Below, piece after piece: positions 6,702 through 15,622 of a stretch of 64,000 nucleotides of DNA. The first letter of the stretch is position 1; each line of letters begins with the position of its first letter. The translations under genes were made by a program, and so were the position numbers. Under the pieces are notes generated by a model, which saw only the letters and a list, made by a program, of their open reading frames with translations, was not told where the DNA came from and ran no database searches. Origin of the DNA: Candidatus Omnitrophota bacterium (GTDB taxonomy: Bacteria; Omnitrophota; Gorgyraeia; 1-14-0-20-64-10); contig JACOVG010000024.1 in NCBI GenBank assembly GCA_016177405.1, positions 71,079 through 135,078 on the forward strand. The letters run 5' to 3'.

Positions 6702-9005
6702 ATGAAAAGTCTCCTTTGGGGTCTAACCCTCATGGCCTTCTCAAGCTCTTCCGTGAGTTCTGGAACTTCCGAATTCTTAAGCAGCGTTCTTCGGCCCATG
6801 GTGGAGAAGAAGATCGAGACTGGTCTCGAAGAGGCCTTGGGCGGCGAGCCAGACAACCCCTCCTCCGAATGGAGGGGAACGCGGCGCCGATTTCTTAACG
6901 AGGCAGCCCGACGCTTTGCAGGCGTCACAGCGGCGGGCTTAATGACTCTGAAAGGAGGGGTCCAGGCCGAATCGGTTCCCCTCCCCTCTGCGCCACCGCC
7001 CTCTCCCAAACCGGCCCCGCCGGCCGAAGCCAGCGCCGCCGAGTGGCAAGAGCGGTACGCCGGGCTTTTCGACGTCTGGGGCGACCTGTACGACGCGGCC
7101 GACCAGTTCCTGGACGCCGTCCAGTTGAGGCGCTACGGCCTTGTCCTCTTGGACAAGACCAAGGACCTGGAGGATTGGGAGGCCCTCCTGGCCGGCGCGG
7201 TCGCCAGCTACAAGGAAAAGATCCGGTGGACCGTCTTGGCCAGGCCAGCGTTTTCGCCGGAGTTTCGAGCCCGCTTCGTCCGGCTGATCCGACGGCTTGA
7301 AGAGGAGGCGCGCCCGCAGGTGGTGGATGAGCGGTTTTTGCCTGGCAAGATGCGGGAGATCCTCCGGTCGGAAAAGATGCGGCAGTGGGCCTGGTCCCAG
7401 GGGCAGGCGGCCGGGAAGCCGTGGGATGCCTATTGGGCGAGCGAGCCCGGCTTTTGCGCCCTCTTCCTGGGTTCGAGCGGCGAGGTCCTGGAAACCAAAG
7501 AGGATCTGCTGGCTTTCCTGGACGACGTCTTAAAGGAAAACGACAAGGCCATTCTTTCCGCCGCTCTTTCAGACTGGGAGATCCACTTCAGGGCGGTTCA
7601 GATGAGGTCGGAGAAGGAGGGGCGGCCCACCCCTGGCTATGTCAGGGCTCTTCTGGAGGATGAGCCGAGGCGCCGGCGGTTTGTCCTTGCCCTCTTCGAG
7701 ATCTTTTACGACCTGGGTCATAACTCAAGCGAGGTCTTCCAGCTCAATACCCTGCGGACGGCCCGACACCTTCGGACGCGGCTGGCAAGCCCCAGCTATC
7801 TTCCCGCTGAAGAAAAGATTACCCTCTTTACGACCCCGCCGGAGGCCCTGCAGGTTGTTTTGGGAAGACTGCCCGTTCTCTGCGAGATGGTGAGCAGGGG
7901 GATCGTCTCAGGCCAGGAGGCCTCCAGGCGGCTTGGGCCCCTCTTGCGGCATCCCGTGGCGGCGGCCCAGGAGCTGGAGGAGCCCCTTTCAGCTCTTTTG
8001 GATTGGGCCGCGAGCCGAAGAGAGGCAACGGCCGATGTCAGGAAGGCCCTGGAGACGCTTGCCGCGCGCCTGAAACCGAGGGGCTTCCATGTGGAGCCCC
8101 TTTTCGTCACCGATCCCGGCTTCCTCTACCCCAGGGTCCCCAGCGCGGTCTGGTCGGGGCTGATCACCAGGATCGTTTATGAGGGGATGCTGGACAATCG
8201 GAAAATCCTGGTGGTGCACAACCTCTATGGCTATAACCCTTATGTCCTGGTGGGAGGTTATTCCTTCTCCGCCCGGAGGCAAGCGGTGATTTTTCTCCAT
8301 CGCTACATTACCGTCAACCGCGCCTTTCAAGAAGGACTGGGGGGTGAGCGGATCCCTTACCGGATCTCGACGCGCGTGGGGGACGCCTCCACCACAAGAA
8401 GGTTTCGCGATTGGGAGACGAGCATCCTGCGGCAGGCGGTGGGAGAAAACCCGGAGCTTCTGGATGAGAAGAAACGCCTTTGGGCCGTCGCGCTGGATGC
8501 CCTTCTTCACGAATGGGTTCATGCCTGGGGAGCAGGCGGCGGCGAATACCTTCCCTACGCGGTCGTGATGGGTTTTGGGCGGGCGCCTCTTTTGTATCTG
8601 GCCGAGATCGCGCCAGGGCATCTGCTGCCGGACAGGGGAGAGCGAGAAAGAAGCGCCAAGGAAGGTGCCGGCGGAATCTGGAAGGCTCTGGGAGCCGATC
8701 CTGCCCAGCCGCCCCTGGAGCAGATCCTGGCCACCCGCCCCACAGAGGCCCAGCTCCGAAGGCGTTTTTCGGAGCAGCTTGGCATTGATGATCCGGTTCT
8801 CATGCAGCGCCTGGTTGCACTGCGGGAAGAGTGGGAGGCCCTTTATCGCGCGCTGCTGAAGCAGGAGTTTAAGGTGCCCCCTCCGGAGGCAGCCGCGCCC
8901 TCGTCGGAGACAGTCCCGGCTGCCCAGGGCGGGCTGGAGGAGGCCTCCGAAAAGGGGTTGGAAGAAAGGATCCGAAGGGCGCCCGAGCTGGAACAAGGGG
9001 TTTGA
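6702..9005 (+). CDS. Putative secreted GLEE-motif protein with one HExxH metallopeptidase-like module
   Basis: Signal-like N-terminus, TGLEEAL at aa 40, internal TRRRFL stretch, LLHEWVH, C-terminal GGLEE/KGLEE; AT-rich upstream region. Confidence 0.7.
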   Translation: MKSLLWGLTLMAFSSSSVSSGTSEFLSSVLRPMVEKKIETGLEEALGGEPDNPSSEWRGTRRRFLNEAARRFAGVTAAGLMTLKGGVQAESVPLPSAPPPSPKPAPPAEASAAEWQERYAGLFDVWGDLYDAADQFLDAVQLRRYGLVLLDKTKDLEDWEALLAGAVASYKEKIRWTVLARPAFSPEFRARFVRLIRRLEEEARPQVVDERFLPGKMREILRSEKMRQWAWSQGQAAGKPWDAYWASEPGFCALFLGSSGEVLETKEDLLAFLDDVLKENDKAILSAALSDWEIHFRAVQMRSEKEGRPTPGYVRALLEDEPRRRRFVLALFEIFYDLGHNSSEVFQLNTLRTARHLRTRLASPSYLPAEEKITLFTTPPEALQVVLGRLPVLCEMVSRGIVSGQEASRRLGPLLRHPVAAAQELEEPLSALLDWAASRREATADVRKALETLAARLKPRGFHVEPLFVTDPGFLYPRVPSAVWSGLITRIVYEGMLDNRKILVVHNLYGYNPYVLVGGYSFSARRQAVIFLHRYITVNRAFQEGLGGERIPYRISTRVGDASTTRRFRDWETSILRQAVGENPELLDEKKRLWAVALDALLHEWVHAWGAGGGEYLPYAVVMGFGRAPLLYLAEIAPGHLLPDRGERERSAKEGAGGIWKALGADPAQPPLEQILATRPTEAQLRRRFSEQLGIDDPVLMQRLVALREEWEALYRALLKQEFKVPPPEAAAPSSETVPAAQGGLEEASEKGLEERIRRAPELEQGV

Positions 9006-9023
9006 CTTCGAGGAGGGGCGGGG

Positions 9024-9052
9024 TTGACTTGGCCGCCGGGCTTCGATAATCT
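9024..9052 (+). promoter_or_regulatory. Putative sigma70 promoter
   Basis: TTGACT (9024-9029), 17-bp spacer, TAATCT (9047-9052), upstream of ATG 9065. Confidence 0.45.
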
Positions 9053-9064
9053 ATCCCTTCACGC

Positions 9065-9916
9065 ATGTCCCCATCCCACTCCGATCTTAGAGCTCTCATT
9101 GACCTGCTGGCCGACGACCACGCCGAGATCGTGGAGGTGGCGCGGCTGAAGCTGGTGGAGCAGGCCGCCGAGGCCTTGCCCCTCTTAAAGGAGGCCGTCC
9201 GGTCCCATGCCGACCCCAAGGTGCGGGTGGAGGCCCAGGGGGTTTTGGAGCGGATCCGGCTGGCCGACGTCGGTTCGCAGTGGAAGCAGACGGCCCATCG
9301 GCCGGATGAGAAGCTGGACTTGGAGGAGAGCATCTTTCTGCTGGCCAAGGTTTCTTATCCGGAGGTGGACGCCCCCGCGTACCAGAAACGGCTGGATGAT
9401 CTGGCCCAGCGCGTCTTGCCCCTCTTGAAGGACGACCAGAGCCTGAAGCAAAAGCTCGCCTCCATCAACCGGGTTCTGTTCAGGGACGAGAAGTTCCGCG
9501 GCAACGAGGAGGATTACTTCGACCCGCAGAACAGCTACTTAAACCGGGTGCTGGACCGAAAGCTCGGGATACCCATATCGCTTTCCATCCTGTACCTCTT
9601 GGTGGCCAAGCGGCTGAAGCTGCCGGTGCAGGGGGTGGGTCTTCCGGGCCACTTCATGGTGAAGCTCAAGGACGCGCGCGGCGAGGTTTACGTGGACCCC
9701 TTTCAGGCCGGCTGCTTCCTGACCCGGCCCGAGTGCGTGCTGTCTCTCGTGGAGGCCGGCTACCCCTACCAGCCGGAATTCCTGGATGGGGTGGGGCCCA
9801 GGGAGATTCTGGCCAGGATGCTGCGCAACCTCATCCTGATCTACGTGGACCGGCACGAGCAGACCCTGGAGCGCACCCTCACCCGCTTCCTGGACGAGCT
9901 GTACCCTTCCTCTTAA
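9065..9916 (+). CDS. SirB1-like transglutaminase-fold protein
   Basis: FRGNEEDYFDPQNSYLNRVLDRKLGIPISL, GVGLPGHF and ILARMLRNL motifs. Confidence 0.85.
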   Translation: MSPSHSDLRALIDLLADDHAEIVEVARLKLVEQAAEALPLLKEAVRSHADPKVRVEAQGVLERIRLADVGSQWKQTAHRPDEKLDLEESIFLLAKVSYPEVDAPAYQKRLDDLAQRVLPLLKDDQSLKQKLASINRVLFRDEKFRGNEEDYFDPQNSYLNRVLDRKLGIPISLSILYLLVAKRLKLPVQGVGLPGHFMVKLKDARGEVYVDPFQAGCFLTRPECVLSLVEAGYPYQPEFLDGVGPREILARMLRNLILIYVDRHEQTLERTLTRFLDELYPSS

Positions 9917-9917
9917 G

Positions 9918-10748
9918 ATGCTCCTTCGCATCGGCCACAGCCCGGACCCGGACGACGCCTTCCTCTTTTACGCCATGACCCAGGGGAAGATCCCCCTGGA
10001 CGGGATCCGGGTGACGCACGTGATGGAGGGCATTGAGGCGCTGAACCAGCGGGCCTTTTCCGGGGAGCTGGAGATGACCGCCATATCGCTGGCGGCTTAC
10101 CCTTACTGCGCCGATCGCTACCTTCTGCTGACCGGAGGGGCCAGCATCGGCGAGGGGTACGGCCCGGTGGTGGTTGCCAGGCAGCCGATGACGCGCCAGC
10201 AGATCGCGAATGTCCGGGTGGCGATCCCGGGGCAGTTCACCACGGCGAACTTGCTGCTTCGGATGGCCTTTGGGTCCTTGGAGACGGAGATTCTTCCGTT
10301 CGATCGGATTCTCCCTGCCGTGGCGGAGGGGCGCTCGGAGGCCGGCGTGCTGATCCACGAGGGACAGCTCACCTACGAGGCCTCCGGCCTGAAGAAGATC
10401 CTGGACCTAGGCGAGTGGTGGCGGGATCAAACCGGCCTGCCGGTTCCCCTGGGGGTCAACGTGATCCGCAGGGATTTGGGCCCGGGAAATCTCCGGCGGG
10501 CGGCGGGGCTTTTCAAGGAAAGCCTGGATTATGCCATGGCCCACCGCCCGGAGGCCTTGGCTTACGCGCAGGCCTTCGCGCGGGGCCTCGCGCCTTCCTT
10601 GACCGACCGGTTCGTCGGGATGTACGTCAACCACTTGAGCTTGGACTGCAGGCCCCGGGGGGAGCAGGCGATGCAGCTTATGCTGGACCGGGCGGCCGAT
10701 GCCGGCTTGACCCCGCGGCGGGTGCCGGTGCAATTCGTGGAGAGCTAG
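9918..10748 (+). CDS. mqnD: 1,4-dihydroxy-6-naphthoate synthase (futalosine menaquinone pathway)
   Basis: GHSPDPDDAF, LIHEGQLTY, DLGEWW and MYVN motifs. Confidence 0.88.
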   Translation: MLLRIGHSPDPDDAFLFYAMTQGKIPLDGIRVTHVMEGIEALNQRAFSGELEMTAISLAAYPYCADRYLLLTGGASIGEGYGPVVVARQPMTRQQIANVRVAIPGQFTTANLLLRMAFGSLETEILPFDRILPAVAEGRSEAGVLIHEGQLTYEASGLKKILDLGEWWRDQTGLPVPLGVNVIRRDLGPGNLRRAAGLFKESLDYAMAHRPEALAYAQAFARGLAPSLTDRFVGMYVNHLSLDCRPRGEQAMQLMLDRAADAGLTPRRVPVQFVES

Positions 10749-11480
10749 ATGGAACTTGAAGGCAAAGTTGCCCTGGTGACCGGCGGGGCCAAAAGGGTCG
10801 GCCGGGAGATCGCCCTGGGGCTGGCCGGCGCCGGAGCCCAGGTCGCGATCACCTACCGGACCTCTGTTTCCGACGCGAGGGAGACCCTCCGGAAGATTCG
10901 CGGCCTCGGCGTAAAGGGTTTGGCCCTTCGGGTGGATCAGAGGAGTGGGCGCGAGGTCCGGCAGGCGGTCCGAAGGGTCGAAAAGGATTTCGGCCGGCTG
11001 GACATTCTGGTCAACAGCGCTTCCTCCTTTTATCCGACTCCGCTCTCCAGGGTTTCGGAGGCGCAGTGGGAGGAGATGATCGGAGCCAACCTCACCGGGC
11101 CCTGGCGCTTTGCCCAGGCGGCGGCGGCCGGAATGCTGCGGCGGCGCTTGGGCAGGATCATCAACATCGCGGATGTCTCTTACGAGTCTCCGTGGAGCGA
11201 CTACCTTCCTTACTGCGCGGCCAAGGGAGGGCTGGTCACCTTGACCCTGGGGCTGGCCAAGGCGCTGGCGCCTCACGTTCAAGCGAACGTGATCGCTCCC
11301 GGGCCCATCCTTTTTCCGCCTGGCCTGGCCCCGAGGGAGCGCCGGCGGGCCCTGGATCGGACCTTGCTCAAGCGCCCGGGCGGCCCCCGGGAGATTGCCG
11401 AAGCGGTTCTGTACCTGGCCAAATCCGATTTTGTGACCGGCGTGGTTTTGCCGGTGGACGGAGGGCGGCGCCTTGCCTAA
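10749..11480 (+). CDS. SDR oxidoreductase, pteridine reductase-like
   Basis: TGGAKRVG, VNSAS, YCAAK and VDGGR motifs. Confidence 0.85.
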   Translation: MELEGKVALVTGGAKRVGREIALGLAGAGAQVAITYRTSVSDARETLRKIRGLGVKGLALRVDQRSGREVRQAVRRVEKDFGRLDILVNSASSFYPTPLSRVSEAQWEEMIGANLTGPWRFAQAAAAGMLRRRLGRIINIADVSYESPWSDYLPYCAAKGGLVTLTLGLAKALAPHVQANVIAPGPILFPPGLAPRERRRALDRTLLKRPGGPREIAEAVLYLAKSDFVTGVVLPVDGGRRLA

Positions 11481-11889
11481 CGACACACCGCTGGATGTGG
11501 CGGTGGCGGTGATCGAGCGAGACGGGCAGTATCTCATCAGCCAGCGTCTGGCGAACGATTCCTTCGGCGGTCACTGGGAATTCCCCGGGGGCAAGCTCCT
11601 GCCGGGGGAGCAGGTCGAGGCGTGCCTGGTTCGGGAGATCCAGGAAGAGCTGGGGCTGGCGATCACGGTCAGGCACAAGCTCATGGTGATTGACCACCGC
11701 TATCCCCAGCGGGCCCTGCGGCTGCATTGTTTCTTGTGCGGGGTGGTGGGCGGCGAGCCGCAAACGATCGAGTGCGCGGCTTGGCGCTGGGTGGCCCCCA
11801 GCGAGCTGGGCCGCTACCGGTTCCCGCCGGCCAGCGGGCCGATCATTCAGAGATTGCTCGATGAGGATACCCGGAATGCGCGAGTCTGA
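11473..11889 (+). CDS. MutT-like NUDIX hydrolase
   Basis: WEFPGGK...REIQEELG Nudix box. Confidence 0.88.
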   Translation: MPNDTPLDVAVAVIERDGQYLISQRLANDSFGGHWEFPGGKLLPGEQVEACLVREIQEELGLAITVRHKLMVIDHRYPQRALRLHCFLCGVVGGEPQTIECAAWRWVAPSELGRYRFPPASGPIIQRLLDEDTRNARV

Positions 11890-12694
11890 TTCCTCCGCCT
11901 GCCTGGCGGCGGCGGTTGAGGCGGCCCAGGCCGGCGGCAAGATCCTGCTGGCCCGGCTGGGCAAGCTTTCGGCCTCGGAGGTGAATCGCAAGGGGGCGAC
12001 CGACTGGGTGACGGCGGCGGATCACGCCTCCGAAGCGGTGATCCTGCGGATTTTGAAGAAGGCCTTTCCGGATCACTCCGTCAAGGCCGAGGAGTCCTCG
12101 CCGGGGGAATCGGCTGCCGCCTTCCAGTGGCTGGTGGACCCGCTGGATGGAACCTCCAACTACATCCACAGCTTCCCGGCCTTCTGCGTGTCGATTGCCC
12201 TCGCGAAAGAGGGAAAGCTGGAAGCGGGCGTTGTCTTTGACCCTCTGCGGCGGGAGCTCTTCACCGCGAGGCGCGGCCGCGGGGCTTACCTCAACGGCCG
12301 GCGAATCCATGTTTCCAAGAGGCGCAGGCTCTCCGAAACCCTGCTGGCGACCGGCTTCCCTGTGAAGGGGAAGGAAAGGATCGATCTTTACCTGGCCAGC
12401 TTCCGGCGGATCTTTCTTAAAACTGGGGTCATCCGCCGGGCCGGATCGGCGGCGCTGGATTTGGCTTACACCGCCTGCGGCCGAGCCGACGGCTTCTGGG
12501 AGATGTGCCTGGCGCCCTGGGACATGGCGGCAGGCGCCTTGCTGGTCACCGAGGCCGGCGGCAGGGTGAGCGATTTCTTCGGGGGCGGCCGATACCTCGA
12601 AAGCGGCAATATCACCGCCGGCAACGCGGCCATTCACCCGCAGCTGGTGAAAATTCTCGCCCCTCTGTTTAGATCCTCGCTTGCGCGAGGATGA
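11876..12694 (+). CDS. suhB: Inositol monophosphatase family protein
   Basis: DPLDGTSNY, RRAGSAALD and WDMAAG motifs. Start uncertain (11861 or 11876). Confidence 0.88.
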   Translation: MRESDSSACLAAAVEAAQAGGKILLARLGKLSASEVNRKGATDWVTAADHASEAVILRILKKAFPDHSVKAEESSPGESAAAFQWLVDPLDGTSNYIHSFPAFCVSIALAKEGKLEAGVVFDPLRRELFTARRGRGAYLNGRRIHVSKRRRLSETLLATGFPVKGKERIDLYLASFRRIFLKTGVIRRAGSAALDLAYTACGRADGFWEMCLAPWDMAAGALLVTEAGGRVSDFFGGGRYLESGNITAGNAAIHPQLVKILAPLFRSSLARG

Positions 12695-12711
12695 CAGGGT
12701 GTTTCTTCCGG

Positions 12712-13329
12712 CTAAAGCTTCCCGACCTGATACGAAGAGCGAATGCCGAACCAAACGGCCAAGACCCCAACGCCGATGGCCATCCCCAGAGCCGGAAAGC
12801 TCATCGCTCCATAATGGGACGGGGCGAGCATCGCGAAGAGCATCGGGCCCGACAAGAAGGTGTTGACCCGCGAGGTCAAGGCGGCCAGCTTGCGAAGCTT
12901 GGGGGCTTCCTCCGGCGAGGCCTTTCCGGTCAAGAGCTTCTTTTGGATGGGCCAGATGATGAACCAGACGTTGAACCACATGACTGTCCCCAGGAGCATC
13001 CCAAAGAGGATCCACATGGCCCGCTGGGTCATCCGGCTGGTTTCCATGAGGAGGCTGGTCGCCCCCAGGCCCACTCCCGGGGTGTAGAAGTAGGTCAGCA
13101 CAAAGAGGGCCAACCCCGCGAGGAAGGTGACCATGGCTCCCCACCGGAACCACCAGAGGGCGCGGGGCATGAGCTGGGGATTGACCGCCTTCTTGGCGGC
13201 GTCGTCCAGCGAGCCCTGCAGGGGGACGTTGACGAGGTTGAAGAAATAGAGGTGGCCGATCCAGGTAATGCCGGCAATCACGTGCAGCCACCGGACGATC
13301 AGATGGACGTTGCTGTAAAGATCGGGCAT
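12712..13329 (-). CDS. Membrane protein, urate hydroxylase PuuD-like N-terminal domain
   Basis: RWLHVIAGITWIGHLYFFN, WWFRWGA, MWFNVWFIIWP and SRVNT motifs. Confidence 0.7.
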   Translation of the reverse strand: MPDLYSNVHLIVRWLHVIAGITWIGHLYFFNLVNVPLQGSLDDAAKKAVNPQLMPRALWWFRWGAMVTFLAGLALFVLTYFYTPGVGLGATSLLMETSRMTQRAMWILFGMLLGTVMWFNVWFIIWPIQKKLLTGKASPEEAPKLRKLAALTSRVNTFLSGPMLFAMLAPSHYGAMSFPALGMAIGVGVLAVWFGIRSSYQVGKL

Positions 13330-13385
13330 CGCTAACCTCCTTATTGGTATAGGGCGACCTCTACCATTATAATGGATAGACTACA

Positions 13386-14318
13386 ATGACGGGCATTGAG
13401 AATGTGATCATCCTGGGCTCCGGCTGTGCCGGCTTGACCGCCGCCGTCTACGCGGCCCGGGCCAACCTGAACCCCCTGCTGGTCGAGGGCTCCTCCCCCG
13501 GAGGGCAGTTGGCCCTCACGACCGAGGTGGAGAATTATCCCGGTTTCCCGGAGGGGATCCAGGGGCCGGAGCTGATGGAGCGGATGAAGAAACAGGCCGC
13601 CCGCTTCGGCACCCGGTTTGTGGCCGGCGATGTGACGAGGATTGACGTGAAAGCGCGCCCCTTCACCGTGGAGGTGGAGGATAAATCTTATCAAGCCCGG
13701 TCGCTGATCGTGGCCACCGGCGCCAACGCCAAATACATAGGGTTGCCTTCCGAGAGGGCCCTTGTGGGGCACGGCGTCTCCGCCTGCGCCACCTGCGACG
13801 CCTTTTTCTTTAAGGGGAAAGAGGTCGTGGTGGTGGGGGGCGGCGACACCGCGATGGAGGAGGCGACCTTTCTCACGAAGTTCGCCTCCCAGGTGACGGT
13901 GGTCCACCGGCGGGACGCCCTAAGGGCCTCCAAGATCATGCAGGAGCGGGCCCGGGCCAACCCCAAGATTGCCTGGGTCTGGAATTCCGCGGTGGTGGAG
14001 ATCAAAGACCCAGCCAAAAAGCAGGTGACCTCGGTTCGGCTGAAGGATCTGGTCACCGGCGCCGAAAGGGATTTCCCCTGCCAGGGGATCTTTGTCGCCA
14101 TTGGCCACGAGCCATCCACCTCGTTTCTGAAAGGGCAGGTGGAGCTGGATCAGAAGGGGTACCTCGTTTTGAAGAAGGGGACCCAGACCTCGGTGGAGGG
14201 GGTCTTTGGCTGCGGGGACATTCACGACATCCGGTACAAGCAGGCGGTGACCGCCGCCGGCTGGGGCTGTATGGCGGCGATCGACTGCGAACGCTACCTG
14301 GAGGAACATCGCGAATGA
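13386..14318 (+). CDS. trxB: Thioredoxin-disulfide reductase
   Basis: GGQL, CATCD, GGGDTAMEEA and HRRD motifs. Confidence 0.95.
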   Translation: MTGIENVIILGSGCAGLTAAVYAARANLNPLLVEGSSPGGQLALTTEVENYPGFPEGIQGPELMERMKKQAARFGTRFVAGDVTRIDVKARPFTVEVEDKSYQARSLIVATGANAKYIGLPSERALVGHGVSACATCDAFFFKGKEVVVVGGGDTAMEEATFLTKFASQVTVVHRRDALRASKIMQERARANPKIAWVWNSAVVEIKDPAKKQVTSVRLKDLVTGAERDFPCQGIFVAIGHEPSTSFLKGQVELDQKGYLVLKKGTQTSVEGVFGCGDIHDIRYKQAVTAAGWGCMAAIDCERYLEEHRE

Positions 14319-15088
14319 CCGGGGCAACGGACTCCCTTTTTGACCTGACCGGAAAGACAGCCCTGGTGACCGGGGCCTCCCGCGGCATCGGCAAGGCCCT
14401 GGCGCTGGCCCTGGCCAAGGCCGGCTGTGATGTGGCGGTGAACGCCCGGGCGGCCGAATCGTTAAAGGGTACGGTTCAGGAGATCGAGAAACTTGGCCGG
14501 AAGGCCGTCGCCGCCGCCGGCGACGTCACCGATGAAAAGCAGGTGAAAGAATTCGTGGGGCTGGCGGTCAAGGCCCTGGGCCGGATCGACATTCTGGTGA
14601 ACAACGCCGGCGTTTGGGAGGGAACCTATTTCTTCCGGCTTCCCAAGGAGCAGTGGGACCACGTGATGAACGTGAACTTAAGCGGCGTCTTTCTGACGGC
14701 CAAAGCGGTGGGCCGCCTCATGCTGAAACAGCGAAGCGGCAAGATCATCAACATCTCCTCGGTGCTGGGCCTGCGCGGCAGCCCCGAGGCGATCGCCTAC
14801 TGCGCCTCCAAGGCCGGGGTGATCCAGATGACCCGGGTGATGGCGATCGAGCTGGGCCGGGCTGGCGTGCAGGTGAATTGTCTGGCGCCGGGGATGGTGG
14901 CCACCGATATGACCCGGCAATACACCGAAGACAAGAAGACCATCGAGGACTATCTTTCCCGGGTCCCGTCGGGGCGTTACGCCCAGCCGGAGGAGCTCTC
15001 CGGCGCGATTGTCTTCCTGGCTTCCAAGGCGGCCGATCACATGACCGGCCAGGTGCTGGTGATTGACGGCGGCGAGAGCCTGGTTTAA
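14315..15088 (+). CDS. SDR oxidoreductase (FabG/KduD-like)
   Basis: TGASRGIG, NNAG and YCASK motifs. Confidence 0.88.
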   Translation: MTGATDSLFDLTGKTALVTGASRGIGKALALALAKAGCDVAVNARAAESLKGTVQEIEKLGRKAVAAAGDVTDEKQVKEFVGLAVKALGRIDILVNNAGVWEGTYFFRLPKEQWDHVMNVNLSGVFLTAKAVGRLMLKQRSGKIINISSVLGLRGSPEAIAYCASKAGVIQMTRVMAIELGRAGVQVNCLAPGMVATDMTRQYTEDKKTIEDYLSRVPSGRYAQPEELSGAIVFLASKAADHMTGQVLVIDGGESLV

Positions 15089-15100
15089 GGAGGAATTGTC

Positions 15101-15622
15101 ATGGCGAGCTTAAGCGGCAAGAAGGTGCTCGTGATCATCGCTTCCCAGAAGTTTCGGGATGAGGAATATCAGAAGCCCCGCGAGCTTCTGGAAAGGGAAG
15201 GGGCCGAGATCACCGTGGCCTCCTCCAGCTTGGCAGAGTCCACCGGCATGCTGGGGCTTAAGGTCAAGCCGGACATTCTTCTTTCAAGCGCCCGGATGGA
15301 GGCGTACGACGCCGTCGTCTTTGTGGGGGGCCTGGGCTCGACCGAATATTGGGAGAATCCCGCCGCCCACGCCCTGGCGAGAAAGGCGCTGGAATCCGGC
15401 AAACCCACCTCGGCCATTTGTCTGGCCCCCATGACCCTGGCCAATGCCGGACTCTTGAAGGGCAAGAAGGCCACCATCTGGAAGGACGCGGCCGGCGACT
15501 TCAAGACCAAAGGGGTGGTCTACACCGGCAAGCCGGTTGAGCAGGACGGCAAGCTCATCACCGGATCCGGCCCGGACGCGGCCGAGGCCTTCGGCCGCGC
15601 GCTGATAGAAGCCCTCCGCTGA
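15101..15622 (+). CDS. DJ-1/PfpI family protein
   Basis: FRDEE, FVGG and AICLAP nucleophile elbow. Confidence 0.9.
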   Translation: MASLSGKKVLVIIASQKFRDEEYQKPRELLEREGAEITVASSSLAESTGMLGLKVKPDILLSSARMEAYDAVVFVGGLGSTEYWENPAAHALARKALESGKPTSAICLAPMTLANAGLLKGKKATIWKDAAGDFKTKGVVYTGKPVEQDGKLITGSGPDAAEAFGRALIEALR

